Positions 7,879 through 17,999 of a stretch of DNA of 33,286 nucleotides are shown in pieces; position 1 is the first letter of the stretch, and the number at the start of each line of letters is the position of its first letter. The translations under genes and the position numbers were made by a program. The stretch lies in assembly GCA_048884785.1 (NCBI GenBank), contig JBHLQM010000037.1, positions 1-33,286 of the forward strand, given 5' to 3'. The notes under the pieces were generated by a model that saw only the letters and a list, made by a program, of their open reading frames with translations, made no database searches and was not told the origin of the DNA. Source of the stretch: Candidatus Thorarchaeota archaeon. GTDB taxonomy: Archaea > Asgardarchaeota > Thorarchaeia > Thorarchaeales > Thorarchaeaceae.

Positions 7879-9891
7879 ATGAGAGATCCCAAAACATTGC
7901 AAGAAAGAGCAATTAACACTATACGCTTCCTATCGGCTGATGCCGTTGAAGATGCGAAATCGGGACATCCAGGTATGCCAATGGGAGCGGCTTCAATGGC
8001 ATATGCACTCTGGACTAGGCATCTGAAATTCAATCCAAAAAATCCCAGTTGGCCAAACCGAGATAGATTTGTATTGTCCGGCGGGCATGGCTCAATGCTA
8101 TTGTATTCTCTGTTGTATCTTACAGGATATGACCTACCACTAGATGAGATCAAGAATTTTCGTCAGTGGCACAGTCACACACCTGGGCATCCAGAATACG
8201 GCTGTACACCTGGAGTTGAAGTCACAACAGGTCCTCTTGGTCAAGGTTTTGGAAATTCGGTGGGAATGGCAATCGCCGAAGCGCATCTTGCAGCTACCTA
8301 CAATCGCCCTGGACATAACGTCATCGATCATATGACCTATGCAATTGTTACTGACGGGGACCTCATGGAAGGCATTGCATCTGAAGCCGCCTCGATAGGA
8401 GGACATCTCTCCCTAGGAAAGCTTACTCTATTATATGACGATAACAAAATATCAATTGATGGAAGCACCGACCTCACGTTTACAGAGAACACAGCCGCCA
8501 AGTTCGAAGCACTCAATTGGCATGTCCAGGTCTTAGAAGATGGGAACGACGTGGATGCAGTTGATAAAGCCATATCAAAGGCGAAGAGGGATCCCCGTCC
8601 ATCACTAATCATTTGCCGTACGATAATTGGCTTCGGACTGCCAAATAAGGAAGGAACCGCAAAGTCTCATGGTGAGCCTGCAGGTATTGACGAGTTGAAT
8701 GGAGCAAAAGAGAAACTAGGATGGCCATTAGAGCCCCGCTACTATGTGCCTGATGATGTACTAGAACACTTCAGAAGAGCCATTGATAATGGACAAAAAT
8801 CTGAAGAAGATTGGAACAAGATATTCGCATTCTATAAGGACTCATTTCCGGAATCAGGAGCAGAACTGGAGAGAAGGCTATCAGGAAGATTGCCAGATAA
8901 ATGGGATTCGGATCTTCCTTCATTCGGTCCTGATGAGAAAGGAATGGCCACCAGAGTTGCATCAGGTCAGACTATCAATGCGCTTTCCAAGAGAATACCA
9001 GAGCTCGTTGGAGGTTCGGCAGACCTCACGGGTTCGAATAAGACATGGATTGATGGTAGCGATTCGATTCAAAGGACCAATTATGGTGGAAGAAACATAT
9101 ACTATGGGGTTCGAGAGCACTCAATGGCTGCAATTGTGAATGGTCTTGCAGTTCACGGTGGATTCATTCCCTATGCAGGTACATTCTTTATGTTCTCTGA
9201 CTACATGAGACCTGCAATCAGGCTCTCTGCACTTTCACATTATCCGAGCATTTGGGTTTTCAGTCATGATAGTATTGGAGTAGGAGAAGATGGGCCTACG
9301 CACCAACCAATTGAACATCTTGCTTCAATCAGAGCCATTCCAAACCTTGTGATGTTAAGACCAGCTGACGCAAATGAGGTTGTTGAATCATGGAAAGTCG
9401 CAATTAACAGACGGAATGGACCAACTGCAATTATCCTTACTAGACAGAATGTACCAGTCCTTGACCGTTCTAAATATGCATCCGCAAAGGGGACTTCGCG
9501 TGGAGCATATGTCCTCATCGATTACTCGAAGGAAAAGCCAGACCTAATCATCATGGCGTCTGGCTCAGAAGTTGCTCCAGCGGCAAAGGCAGCCGAAAAG
9601 TTATTCGAGGAGGGTATTGGAGTAAGAGTAGTATCATTCCCCAGCTGGAGACTCTTCGCTGAGCAGAGTAGAGAATACCAAGAGTCCGTTCTGTCACCAA
9701 ATGTGTATCGTAGATTGGCGGTTGAGGCAGGTGTGGGACAGGGTTGGGAGAGATGGTTGGGGGATAGAGGGAGGATGATTTCGCTTGAGCAATTTGGCGC
9801 ATCTGCACCAGCCAATGTACTGTTTGAGCAATTTGGGTTTAGTACTGAAAACATAATTGAAGCAGCCAAGAAACTGCTTTCAGAAAACTAA
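7879..9891 (+). CDS. tkt: Transketolase (single-chain, bacterial/yeast type)
   Basis: [35 protein letters not shown], ThDP motif [24 protein letters not shown]. Start at ATG 7879. Confidence 0.97.
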   Translation: MRDPKTLQERAINTIRFLSADAVEDAKSGHPGMPMGAASMAYALWTRHLKFNPKNPSWPNRDRFVLSGGHGSMLLYSLLYLTGYDLPLDEIKNFRQWHSHTPGHPEYGCTPGVEVTTGPLGQGFGNSVGMAIAEAHLAATYNRPGHNVIDHMTYAIVTDGDLMEGIASEAASIGGHLSLGKLTLLYDDNKISIDGSTDLTFTENTAAKFEALNWHVQVLEDGNDVDAVDKAISKAKRDPRPSLIICRTIIGFGLPNKEGTAKSHGEPAGIDELNGAKEKLGWPLEPRYYVPDDVLEHFRRAIDNGQKSEEDWNKIFAFYKDSFPESGAELERRLSGRLPDKWDSDLPSFGPDEKGMATRVASGQTINALSKRIPELVGGSADLTGSNKTWIDGSDSIQRTNYGGRNIYYGVREHSMAAIVNGLAVHGGFIPYAGTFFMFSDYMRPAIRLSALSHYPSIWVFSHDSIGVGEDGPTHQPIEHLASIRAIPNLVMLRPADANEVVESWKVAINRRNGPTAIILTRQNVPVLDRSKYASAKGTSRGAYVLIDYSKEKPDLIIMASGSEVAPAAKAAEKLFEEGIGVRVVSFPSWRLFAEQSREYQESVLSPNVYRRLAVEAGVGQGWERWLGDRGRMISLEQFGASAPANVLFEQFGFSTENIIEAAKKLLSEN

Positions 9892-9962
9892 GCACTCTGA
9901 AACAGGCTTTATCAGGTCGTTTAGCATTTATATTGATAATCTGGAATTTCGAGGGATCAAAC

Positions 9963-10730
9963 ATGGCCAAGTATGATTTGCATAACAAGGTTGCAGTTAT
10001 AACAGGTGCTTCAGCAGGACTGGGAGAGCAATTTGCTCATGGCCTAGCCGAATCTGGTGCAAGCATTGTCATAGCAGCTCGAAGGATGAAACTCCTTGAG
10101 AAGGTAGCAAATGATGTGGAATCACAATATGGTGTGACAGTGATTCCCGTACAAGCAGATGTGAGAAATGAAAAGGACATCATTCAGTTGATTGATACAG
10201 CTGTGAAGAGGTTTGACACAGTTGACATCTTGGTGAACAATGTCGGCATGTATATTGTAAAACCACTCATTGAGCAGACTCTCAAGGATTGGCACACAGT
10301 AATGGATGTGAATCTGACCTCTGCATTCATTGCTTCCAGAGAAGCCGCCAAAGTGATGATTCCGAAGAAGCAAGGCGTCATCATCAATGTATCTTCCACT
10401 TTTGGTTTCGGAGGAACTGAGTTTACAGAAGTGAGCTACTACGCATCAAAGGGAGGCATGATTGCAATGACAAAGGCACTCGCTATTGAGCTTGGAAAGC
10501 ATAACATCAGAGTAAACGCAATTGCACCGGGATTCTTTCCAACCGAGATGTCCAGAGGCGCCTTGGAGGATGATGCCATAAGAACGAGAGTCATTGAACC
10601 AAGAACTGCACTTCCGATGTTGGCTCAGAATGAGTGGATTCGAGGCGCGGTATGTTTCCTAGCAAGTGATGATGCGAAATATATCACCGGTCACACGCTT
10701 GCTGTGGATGGAGGTTGGCTTGCGTTCTAA
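9963..10730 (+). CDS. Classical SDR oxidoreductase (gluconate 5-dehydrogenase/FabG-like, probably NADP)
   Basis: TGASAGLG, AARR, YYASK catalytic motif, VNAIAPGFF, VDGG. Confidence 0.9.
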   Translation: MAKYDLHNKVAVITGASAGLGEQFAHGLAESGASIVIAARRMKLLEKVANDVESQYGVTVIPVQADVRNEKDIIQLIDTAVKRFDTVDILVNNVGMYIVKPLIEQTLKDWHTVMDVNLTSAFIASREAAKVMIPKKQGVIINVSSTFGFGGTEFTEVSYYASKGGMIAMTKALAIELGKHNIRVNAIAPGFFPTEMSRGALEDDAIRTRVIEPRTALPMLAQNEWIRGAVCFLASDDAKYITGHTLAVDGGWLAF

Positions 10731-10841
10731 TTGATTCATACAATCCACAGGTCTAATCTGATGAGTCTTAACGTGAAGAGATTCACAGTACCGTTCAAAT
10801 AGCCAGCAGCGATAAATCTCGGATAGGATACAGTAGATTGT

Positions 10842-11045
10842 GTGACTTCTCAAAATTCTATTCCTTTGGAAGAGGCGTTTGAGCTTTGTAAAGCTCATAG
10901 AGAGAACAATGGTGTTCGTTTGTTTAGTCAATGCTGGGGATGTGTGAGGTATTCTAAGGAGAAACCAGAGAAAATGGGTTTCTACAAACCCCCTACTCAT
11001 GATGCATGCAAGTATGTGAACAGACTGTTTGAGTCATTGACTTAG
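10842..11045 (+). CDS. Small Cys-containing hypothetical protein
   Basis: 67 aa with C..CWGC..C; fills an intergenic gap with protein-like composition. Confidence 0.6.
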   Translation: MTSQNSIPLEEAFELCKAHRENNGVRLFSQCWGCVRYSKEKPEKMGFYKPPTHDACKYVNRLFESLT

Positions 11046-11073
11046 AAAAATCGGATTGACATAGGAAAACGGA

Positions 11074-11745
11074 TTACAAGCTGTGTAATTCCTTATTCTT
11101 TCCCCCAAAATAGCTTGAGAGTATGCGGCGTTCAGCTCTTCGCAACCTCTCTTGCATTGCTACTCGCCGTATCCCGATTTTCAAAGCAAGTTCAGAAACC
11201 GTGCATTTCCGAGGTATTTCATAGTACCCGAATTGGAAGGCAAGCTGAATGGCTTCAGTCTGTTTCGGAGTTAGAACATCATCAGACAGCCTGAGAGGTG
11301 TGGATCTCATTTTTTTGACTCTAACAGTAGTAAATCGCGCCCTAAGCAAATGAATAAGGTCTCTAAGAACCTCCCGAGTGGGAGCAAGAACGGTATGTTT
11401 CTGGATCCCTTTTTCAACAACAATGGGGAGGAATGTCATACATCCACTCTGCAGTACCGTGTCATAGATTGAAGGGCCATCGATTTTGTGAACCACATGT
11501 GTCCAATAGGCACTCGGCGACCGATATGTGACATCGACACTAGATGTACTTGGAGAGGCTCGCAGAGCCCTGACATATCGCTGAAGCGAACGTTCTCCAT
11601 CTTCCAATGGCTCAAGTATCCCGAGACCCGTATCTCCATTGATTGTCACGATGCTAACACGCACAGGAAGTCGCCTGGTGAGTTCACATGAATAGTAATG
11701 CTCGGAGCTAACTTCAATAACAGTCTGTATGACCAATTTATACAC
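11074..11745 (-). CDS. Bacterio-opsin activator (Bat)-type HTH transcriptional regulator
   Basis: C-terminal LTPKQTEAIQLAFQFGYYEIPRKCTVSELA..ERLRRAERRIL is the archaeal HTH_10 signature. Confidence 0.88.
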   Translation of the reverse strand: MYKLVIQTVIEVSSEHYYSCELTRRLPVRVSIVTINGDTGLGILEPLEDGERSLQRYVRALRASPSTSSVDVTYRSPSAYWTHVVHKIDGPSIYDTVLQSGCMTFLPIVVEKGIQKHTVLAPTREVLRDLIHLLRARFTTVRVKKMRSTPLRLSDDVLTPKQTEAIQLAFQFGYYEIPRKCTVSELALKIGIRRVAMQERLRRAERRILSSYFGGKNKELHSL

Positions 11746-11759
11746 CCGTCCTAGGACGG
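11746..11759. promoter_or_regulatory. Perfect 14-bp palindrome between the divergent HTH regulator and EamA genes
   Basis: CCGTCCTAGGACGG directly abuts the regulator's GTG start. Confidence 0.5.
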
Positions 11760-11812
11760 TATTAACTTAATCCAGAGAATAATCATTCGGTTATAGTGGT
11801 GTTAATTCGAGG

Positions 11813-12772
11813 TTGTCTGAATCCATGAATCATATCAAGTCCCAGAGGGCACAGACCTCAAGGGACTATATCAAAGCAGTTCTATTGGCTATTTTTGTGA
11901 CCATTCTGTGGTCGTCTTCATGGGTAATCATCAAGTTTGGACTAGAGGAGATTCCACCTCTGACCTTCGCAGGACTAAGATACTTTATCGCGGCACTGAT
12001 TCTGATGACGGCGATTGGAGCCAGTAAAACCAAGCGTAGTGAGCTCAGAGTATTACGGAGGAGGCAAATCTACACCCTCGTGGGCTATGGCATTGTCTTT
12101 GTCGCAATCACTCAAGGATCTCAGTTTGTTGGTCTGAATCTTCTTGAGGCAATCACCGTTTCTTTGCTACTCAACATGACGCCATTGCTTGTGCTGGTTT
12201 TTGGAATCAGTCTTCTGAAGGAAGTACCAACCCCTACTCAAATTGTACTAATTCTAATAGGCATATTTGGAGTGCTTGTGTATTTCTATCCCTTAGATTT
12301 GGGCATGATCCAGATTCTTGGACTCGTTGTTGTTCTAGTGGGAGTAGTGTCAAATGCATTCTCATCTATTATCGGGAGGGCAATCAACAGAAAGCGAGAG
12401 CTTTCACCACTTATTGTAACTGGAACAAGTATGATGATTGGGGCATTATTCCTTCTCGTTGCAGGCATTGCTGTAGAGAATTTGCAAGCGATTAGCATTC
12501 TCTCATGGGTCTATATTATTTGGCTAGCTGTTGTTAATACTGCACTTGCATTTACTCTATGGAATCGAGCCATGCAGACGATCCGAGCCATCGATATTTC
12601 AATAATCAATGGAACCATGCTTCCGCAAATTGTCATCTTGTCCATCATCTTCCTTGGAGAGATGCCATCGGTGCTTAATTGGCTTGGCCTTGCTCTCATT
12701 GCCTTCAGCGCTCTTCTTGTCCAAGTTATTCAGGCAAAAAGACAGAACAGCAGCCATAGCGAGAGGGAGTGA
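11813..12772 (+). CDS. EamA/DMT family transporter
   Basis: LWSSSWVIIK, PPLTFAGLRY, about 10 TM in two repeats, FLGE motif. Confidence 0.92.
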   Translation: MSESMNHIKSQRAQTSRDYIKAVLLAIFVTILWSSSWVIIKFGLEEIPPLTFAGLRYFIAALILMTAIGASKTKRSELRVLRRRQIYTLVGYGIVFVAITQGSQFVGLNLLEAITVSLLLNMTPLLVLVFGISLLKEVPTPTQIVLILIGIFGVLVYFYPLDLGMIQILGLVVVLVGVVSNAFSSIIGRAINRKRELSPLIVTGTSMMIGALFLLVAGIAVENLQAISILSWVYIIWLAVVNTALAFTLWNRAMQTIRAIDISIINGTMLPQIVILSIIFLGEMPSVLNWLGLALIAFSALLVQVIQAKRQNSSHSERE

Positions 12773-12804
12773 GTTCAGCTCGTTACAGTGTTCAAAAGGA
12801 ATAA

Positions 12805-12839
12805 ATAGTTCGTACTCGTACTATTCGATAGCGAACTAT
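12805..12839. promoter_or_regulatory. Tandem overlapping palindromic operators (ATAGTTCG-N4-CGAACTAT), probably bound by MarR
   Basis: ATAGTTCG-tact-CGTACTAT (12805-12824) and ACTATTCG-atag-CGAACTAT (12820-12839), just upstream of the PNPOx-MarR operon. Confidence 0.6.
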
Positions 12840-12855
12840 ATTGGTGAAGAAGATA

Positions 12856-13317
12856 ATGGAAGACAAAGAAATGGCAATCTACCTATTGAGTGCTGCAAAA
12901 GCCGCTATCGTGACAACAATAGACAAACATGCAGCCCCTCAAACGAGAGCCATGTTCAATCTCAGAAACAAGGAACAGTGGCCCAAACTAGAACCCTTTT
13001 TTGCTAAACATGAGGATTTTATGGTCATCTTCACAACAAACACATCTTCTGCAAAAATAGAAGACATCAGACGGAATTCAGCGGTTTCGGTCTATTATGC
13101 GATTCCTGAGGAATCAATGGGTTTGATGTTGGGAGGGCAAATGGAGATTGTTCAGGATCCTGAGTTGAAGAAAGCAATATGGCATGATGGATGGGAGAGA
13201 TATTATCCCAGCGGGTACAACGATCCTGACCACACTGTACTACGGCTATTGCCAACGATTGCTCGAGGCTGGAATCAAAACCATACATATTCTTTCGAAA
13301 TAGGTGAAAGGAGATGA
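12856..13317 (+). CDS. Pyridoxamine 5'-phosphate oxidase-like FMN-binding protein (general stress protein 26-like)
   Basis: PQTRAM, FTTNTSSAK, W..GWERYYP.G..DPD motifs. GGTGA SD before ATG 12856. Confidence 0.85.
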   Translation: MEDKEMAIYLLSAAKAAIVTTIDKHAAPQTRAMFNLRNKEQWPKLEPFFAKHEDFMVIFTTNTSSAKIEDIRRNSAVSVYYAIPEESMGLMLGGQMEIVQDPELKKAIWHDGWERYYPSGYNDPDHTVLRLLPTIARGWNQNHTYSFEIGERR

Positions 13318-13760
13318 ACTCGCGAAGCCAAGGAGGGTTCTTGATCACCAAAATCCATCACCTTGGAGCACGAGTATTCTCCAAGATGCTAAAGGACTAT
13401 GACATTGAAGTGGGTCCTGGGCAGGGAAGAGTGATTTTTGCACTATGGCAGAGAGATGGAGTACCCATCAAGGAACTAGCTAAGCGAACATCACTTGGCA
13501 AATCAACACTAACAGATTTGCTGGATAGATTGGAAGAGTCTGGTCATATTGAAAGAGTACACTCCAAAAGCGACCGTCGAGAAATCCTCATTGCATTAAC
13601 ACAGAGGGCTCGAGATTTGAATGCGAAATACAATCAGGTTTCTGATGAGATGACGGATATATTCTATTCCGGCTTCACCAAAACTGAGATAGAACAGTTT
13701 GAGAAATTCCTTGAACTTGTACTTGATAATCTCACCAAGGCTGAAACAGATCATCCCTAG
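13314..13760 (+). CDS. MarR family transcriptional regulator
   Basis: IKELAKRTSLGKSTLTDLLDRLEESGHI and DRR..IALT motifs; ATGA overlap with the upstream gene. Confidence 0.92.
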   Translation: MNSRSQGGFLITKIHHLGARVFSKMLKDYDIEVGPGQGRVIFALWQRDGVPIKELAKRTSLGKSTLTDLLDRLEESGHIERVHSKSDRREILIALTQRARDLNAKYNQVSDEMTDIFYSGFTKTEIEQFEKFLELVLDNLTKAETDHP

Positions 13761-13837
13761 TTTCGTTGACGGTATGTCTATTCTCAGACGCTTGCCAGTA
13801 GGAACGTGGGCAGTGACGACCGCTAATTGAGCTCAGG

Positions 13838-14917
13838 TTATCCGAGTTTCTTGATTTGCTCCAGTTTTTCTTTGGCACCGATATTCTTGGGCTCTAACTC
13901 CAGTGCTTTCTCATAGAGAGAGATTGCCATCGATACATTATCAGAACGTTCCTCCACAACTCCGAGCAAGTAGAAACCGCCAGATGAATCGGGATACTCT
14001 GCAATTAGCTTAGAGAGAAATGGTCGTGCATTTTCATGCTTTCCCAATAGAAGCCAGTTTACAGCGGCATCAGAAAGAACAGTTGCGGGAATCCTCACTG
14101 GAATTCCGTACCTCTGTTCGAGATTCCTATAGAAACGCTCAACTCCCTCAAGACCCTCCTCCTCAGCCTGTTTTGAAGTGATTTGCCAATGGGGATAGAT
14201 CATTGCAAGACCATTATACAAAACTGTGAGCGGAGCATGCCCTTCCCCCTCAATGATGCGTGAAGACCATTTAAATTCGGGCGAAGCGATTTGACTTAGG
14301 AGATCAATAAATCCTGGAACCGAATCGATAACCTTGTCATAGTCATCATCGCCATACTCAATGTAAAGGAAGCTATTCGATGCAACTCCGTCCGCAAAGA
14401 GTTTCTTCGCGGCCTCATGATACACATCTATTCCCCATCCGAGCATTGGGCTGCCTGCAATAACACCATTGAAGTAGTCAGGTTTTGCAAGTAGAGAGAA
14501 TATTGCAAAGGCACCGGGATTAGATTGACCATAAAGTATTCTGTGCGGGAGAGTCCGAAATTGTTCGTCTATACTCGGAATGAGTTCCTCAACAAGAAAA
14601 CGAAGAAACTCGCTTGCCTTTCCACTCCCGGGGATTTTTGGATGCGGAACAGGAAACAAGTCTTTTGCGTGGTCCGGAGTCTTGATTCCAACAGTAATAA
14701 CCTGTGGAATTCTTGCAGCATCAGCAAGTAAATCCAAGGTCGATACTGCATTGACCAGATATGCAGGATAATCTGAATTCAAGACGAAAACAACGGGATA
14801 CCGTTCATTCGTTTTATCATATTCATTGGGAACATGAACTATAAACTCTCGATCCTCCCGGAGAATTTCCGAATGAATTTTCTGATAGCCTTCAACATGC
14901 AGAATATTATTCACCAT
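13838..14917 (-). CDS. Alpha/beta-hydrolase (IroE/Fes-like putative esterase) with C-terminal TPR
   Basis: YPVVFVL, FL.FL..EL.P.ID..FRT, nucleophile elbow GQSNPG, GEGH, and a TPR (YLLG..AISLYEKALELEP). Confidence 0.85.
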   Translation of the reverse strand: MVNNILHVEGYQKIHSEILREDREFIVHVPNEYDKTNERYPVVFVLNSDYPAYLVNAVSTLDLLADAARIPQVITVGIKTPDHAKDLFPVPHPKIPGSGKASEFLRFLVEELIPSIDEQFRTLPHRILYGQSNPGAFAIFSLLAKPDYFNGVIAGSPMLGWGIDVYHEAAKKLFADGVASNSFLYIEYGDDDYDKVIDSVPGFIDLLSQIASPEFKWSSRIIEGEGHAPLTVLYNGLAMIYPHWQITSKQAEEEGLEGVERFYRNLEQRYGIPVRIPATVLSDAAVNWLLLGKHENARPFLSKLIAEYPDSSGGFYLLGVVEERSDNVSMAISLYEKALELEPKNIGAKEKLEQIKKLG

Positions 14918-15057
14918 TTGTGTCCACCATTGACATTACATGAGAATAATTATTGGTATGTGTTATTAATATTACCTTCAACGTCATCAGGAAGGCTAAT
15001 TTGGAATGACGGTCTTGCCAAACACAATCGAGTTCCAATGTTTGTAAGGGATGCCTC

Positions 15058-15735
15058 ATGAATAACCCACGCAGCAATTCGAAGAGAAAAGAACCCTTCG
15101 AGGATTTCGTGACAGTAAAACCAGAGCTGGTCAAGATACTAGCGGCGGCTCAGATGGATTTGGTAATGGAACATATTGAGATACTCAGGGAATTAATAAC
15201 ACAGAATCTCACAGTGAAAGAAATCCACCGGCTTTTCTGGGATCCCAAAGAAAAGAAGTACACAAAGACTCTCAAGACCGTCTATAGGTACATGGATATA
15301 CTTGAAGCTGCTGAGTTGGTGAGGGTTGCAGGACATAGAAAACCAGCGGATAGCAGAATGACAGAGAAGCTATATTGCAGGTCAGCGATGATATTCACTG
15401 CGCAAGATGACGACAAGAGCCCAAAATGGTATGAAACAGCAGAGGGTCAAGAGGAGCTTAGGAATACCGCTCAACTAGTCCTTCAGTTCTTTGGCATAGA
15501 TGAAAACAGAAGCTCTGATTTTGAAAAGCTTCTCAAGACCTATTATTCTGCACGAGATGAAGTTGTGAAGGAATTGCTGAATGAGATATCGAAGAATGAA
15601 AGACTGGCCGAAACCATGGTTCGGATTGGCATACAAGAATTCAAGAGTGTAGCCAGCCTCCTCGGCATGTTTGGAGTGTTACGAAATCTCTCCAATTTTC
15701 AGAAAGATGTTTTGAGTGTCCTGTCAGAACACTAG
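15058..15735 (+). CDS. ArsR-like winged-helix DNA-binding protein
   Basis: LTVKEI..KTVYRYMDILEAAELVRVAGHR..TEKLYCR wHTH followed by a helical C-terminal domain. Confidence 0.7.
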   Translation: MNNPRSNSKRKEPFEDFVTVKPELVKILAAAQMDLVMEHIEILRELITQNLTVKEIHRLFWDPKEKKYTKTLKTVYRYMDILEAAELVRVAGHRKPADSRMTEKLYCRSAMIFTAQDDDKSPKWYETAEGQEELRNTAQLVLQFFGIDENRSSDFEKLLKTYYSARDEVVKELLNEISKNERLAETMVRIGIQEFKSVASLLGMFGVLRNLSNFQKDVLSVLSEH

Positions 15736-16760
15736 AGTGAAACAATATCATGGTATAGTGAGAGGGCGATTTCAGAGGTCTTCACTCCCTTAATGACAGC
15801 ATTTCCACGAGGCATAATAGTAATCGTTACGCCGTCTTTTTCAAGGATAAGAGAGCGTTTTGTCCGGGTCACTTGGTATCTATCATTATAGCGCTTCTCA
15901 ATCATGTCCAAGTCCAAATTGCGAACCTCAGGAGGAGATATACTATAACTCTCTGAACACAAAACCGTAACACTCGTTTCTTGCGTCTTCTCAACTACGG
16001 GAGGCTTCTTGGTCCCACAGATAGGACATTTTTCCATCTTCCTAATTTCAAATGAATCGAAACTTAGTGTTTCGATATCAATGTGCATAAGTTTTCCTGC
16101 CAAGCGGGGTTCTTTTCCTGTTGCGAGAAGAATTGCTTCTTGAACTTCAATCGCAGAAATGGTGGAAAGGATGGAGGGAGACACACCAACATTGATGCAT
16201 GTGGCATCTGGGTTGTCTTCCATATTACCAACTAGACAATGAAGACATCCGGTCTTTCCTGGAATGAATGTCGAGATATTGCCATAATACTCGAGTGCAC
16301 CAGCATAGATGTATGGGATTGATAGCTGGACAGAGGCGAAGTTGACCGCGCGTCGTGCTTCCATCGAATCCAGTCCATCCAATATAATGTCAGTACCTTT
16401 TAGCAATTCCACGGCATTATCGAATCTAATTGTTGCATCAATTGGTTCGAATTCAACATCTGGATTTAGCTTCGATAGGTTTGAAACAGCTACATCCACT
16501 TTTGGTTTCCCAATGTCATCGAAATGGTAAATTGTTTGCCTTTGTAGATTTGATAAATCTACAATATCCCGATCGATGATCCGGATTTTCCCAAAACCTA
16601 TTGAAGTAAGGAGGGTCAAAGCTGGACTTCCGAGACCTCCCGCACCTACCACAGTGATATTTGCCTGCATGATGGATTCCAAGTCAGCCTCGTTGAAATC
16701 GCGAAGCGCCAACATTCGAGAGTGTCGCTCGAATTTCATTGACTTTTCTTTCTTCATCAT
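15732..16760 (-). CDS. moeB: HesA/MoeB/ThiF family E1-like adenylyltransferase
   Basis: VVGAGGLG, DRDIVDLSNLQRQ, CLHC and CPIC Zn motifs, catalytic TC..GV; last gene of the Moco/Wco cluster. Confidence 0.9.
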   Translation of the reverse strand: MMKKEKSMKFERHSRMLALRDFNEADLESIMQANITVVGAGGLGSPALTLLTSIGFGKIRIIDRDIVDLSNLQRQTIYHFDDIGKPKVDVAVSNLSKLNPDVEFEPIDATIRFDNAVELLKGTDIILDGLDSMEARRAVNFASVQLSIPYIYAGALEYYGNISTFIPGKTGCLHCLVGNMEDNPDATCINVGVSPSILSTISAIEVQEAILLATGKEPRLAGKLMHIDIETLSFDSFEIRKMEKCPICGTKKPPVVEKTQETSVTVLCSESYSISPPEVRNLDLDMIEKRYNDRYQVTRTKRSLILEKDGVTITIMPRGNAVIKGVKTSEIALSLYHDIVSL

Positions 16761-16784
16761 ATATCACCGTACAGAGACATCAAC

Positions 16785-17999
16785 CTATTCGAATAAAGTC
16801 ACCTCTACTATCTCTCCTTCGTCTATAACATCCAGGTTTACAGGGAGGATAATATATCCATCAGCTTTCGCCATGCTTGTTATTGCACCAGAGTGCTTGT
16901 AAACTGGATGCGCCTCTCCATTTTGAATTCTGACGGTAAGGAATTGCTTTCTCCCTGATGATGAGACGATTCTTTTGCCTAGTCTTACCTGAACCTTTCT
17001 CTCAGTCAAGCGAGGAAGACGTGCCATTTTTCGTATGGCTGGGATGAGGAAGATATAGGCATTGCTTAGGCATGATGTTGGATATCCAGGCATTCCTACG
17101 ATGGGTGTTTTCTTCACTACACCAAAGAGAGTCGGTTTCCCTGGCTTTATCTGGACTCCGTGGAAGAGAACTTCACCTAACTCCTCAATGATTCCAGAGA
17201 GAAGATCTTTTTCACCTACAGAGCTTCCCCCGGATAGAACAACCAAATCAAAGCCCAGAGATGATGTAATTGCAGATTTCAAAGCTTCAGCCTCATCTGT
17301 GACTACAGGAAGTCGCTCAACTTCAGCACCATTGGTTGACAAGATTGATTCCAGAGTAAATGAGTTGACATCATAAATCTGGCCGGGTTTCAGAGGCTGC
17401 CCAGGAGCAACAATCTCACGGCCCGTAGGGATAACTGCGACTCGAGGTTTCCGATAGACCTCAACGCCAATACTCCCAAGTGCTGCGACTGTTCCAATCC
17501 TGGCAGGAGTCAGCAACAATCCTTTTGCGAGTACGACTTCATCCTTTTTGATGTCCTCTCCAGCTTTCGATACGTTTGCACCTGGATAAACAGGCCTTGT
17601 GATGAGTATTTGCTCGTCTCTGCGCTCTGTGTACTCGACCATTACTACTGCATCGGCACCAACGGGCATAGGAGAACCTGTAGCTATCTGTAGGCAATAA
17701 CTTGACTCTACATTCTCAGCTGCAACCTCTCCTGCATGAATTACACCTTTGAGCTTCAGGAGAACTTCTTCGTCCTGGGCACGAAATGTATCCTCTGCAA
17801 CAACAGCATAGCCGTCCATTGCGGCACGGTCAAAAGGAGGGACATTCTGATCAGCCGTTATATCAGCAGCCAAGACACGACCTGTCGCTTCAGCGATGTG
17901 AATCTTCTCCGTATGCTCGATAGGGATGCATGTATCTAGAAGAAGAGCCTCTGCCTCCTCTTGCGAAACAAGTAGTTTGAAGGGGTCCATTTCTTTCAT
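16785..17999 (-). CDS. moeA: Molybdopterin metal insertase MoeA
   Basis: PPFDRAAMDGYAV, IATGSPMP.GADAVVM.E, SGGSSVG..D, KPGKP, MPGYP. ATG 17999 overlaps the moaB stop (ATGA). Confidence 0.96.
   Translation of the reverse strand: MKEMDPFKLLVSQEEAEALLLDTCIPIEHTEKIHIAEATGRVLAADITADQNVPPFDRAAMDGYAVVAEDTFRAQDEEVLLKLKGVIHAGEVAAENVESSYCLQIATGSPMPVGADAVVMVEYTERRDEQILITRPVYPGANVSKAGEDIKKDEVVLAKGLLLTPARIGTVAALGSIGVEVYRKPRVAVIPTGREIVAPGQPLKPGQIYDVNSFTLESILSTNGAEVERLPVVTDEAEALKSAITSSLGFDLVVLSGGSSVGEKDLLSGIIEELGEVLFHGVQIKPGKPTLFGVVKKTPIVGMPGYPTSCLSNAYIFLIPAIRKMARLPRLTERKVQVRLGKRIVSSSGRKQFLTVRIQNGEAHPVYKHSGAITSMAKADGYIILPVNLDVIDEGEIVEVTLFE

Noticed and set aside
7782-9869. Multiple antisense and alternate-frame ORFs within tkt (and similarly within other long genes)
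   Set aside because: Typical shadow ORFs with no motifs or SD support.
15058-15735. wHTH protein as the ModE-like regulator of the adjacent Moco/Wco cluster
   Set aside because: It has no TOBE/molybdate-binding domain or ModE-type HTH pattern; it is merely convergent with moeB.
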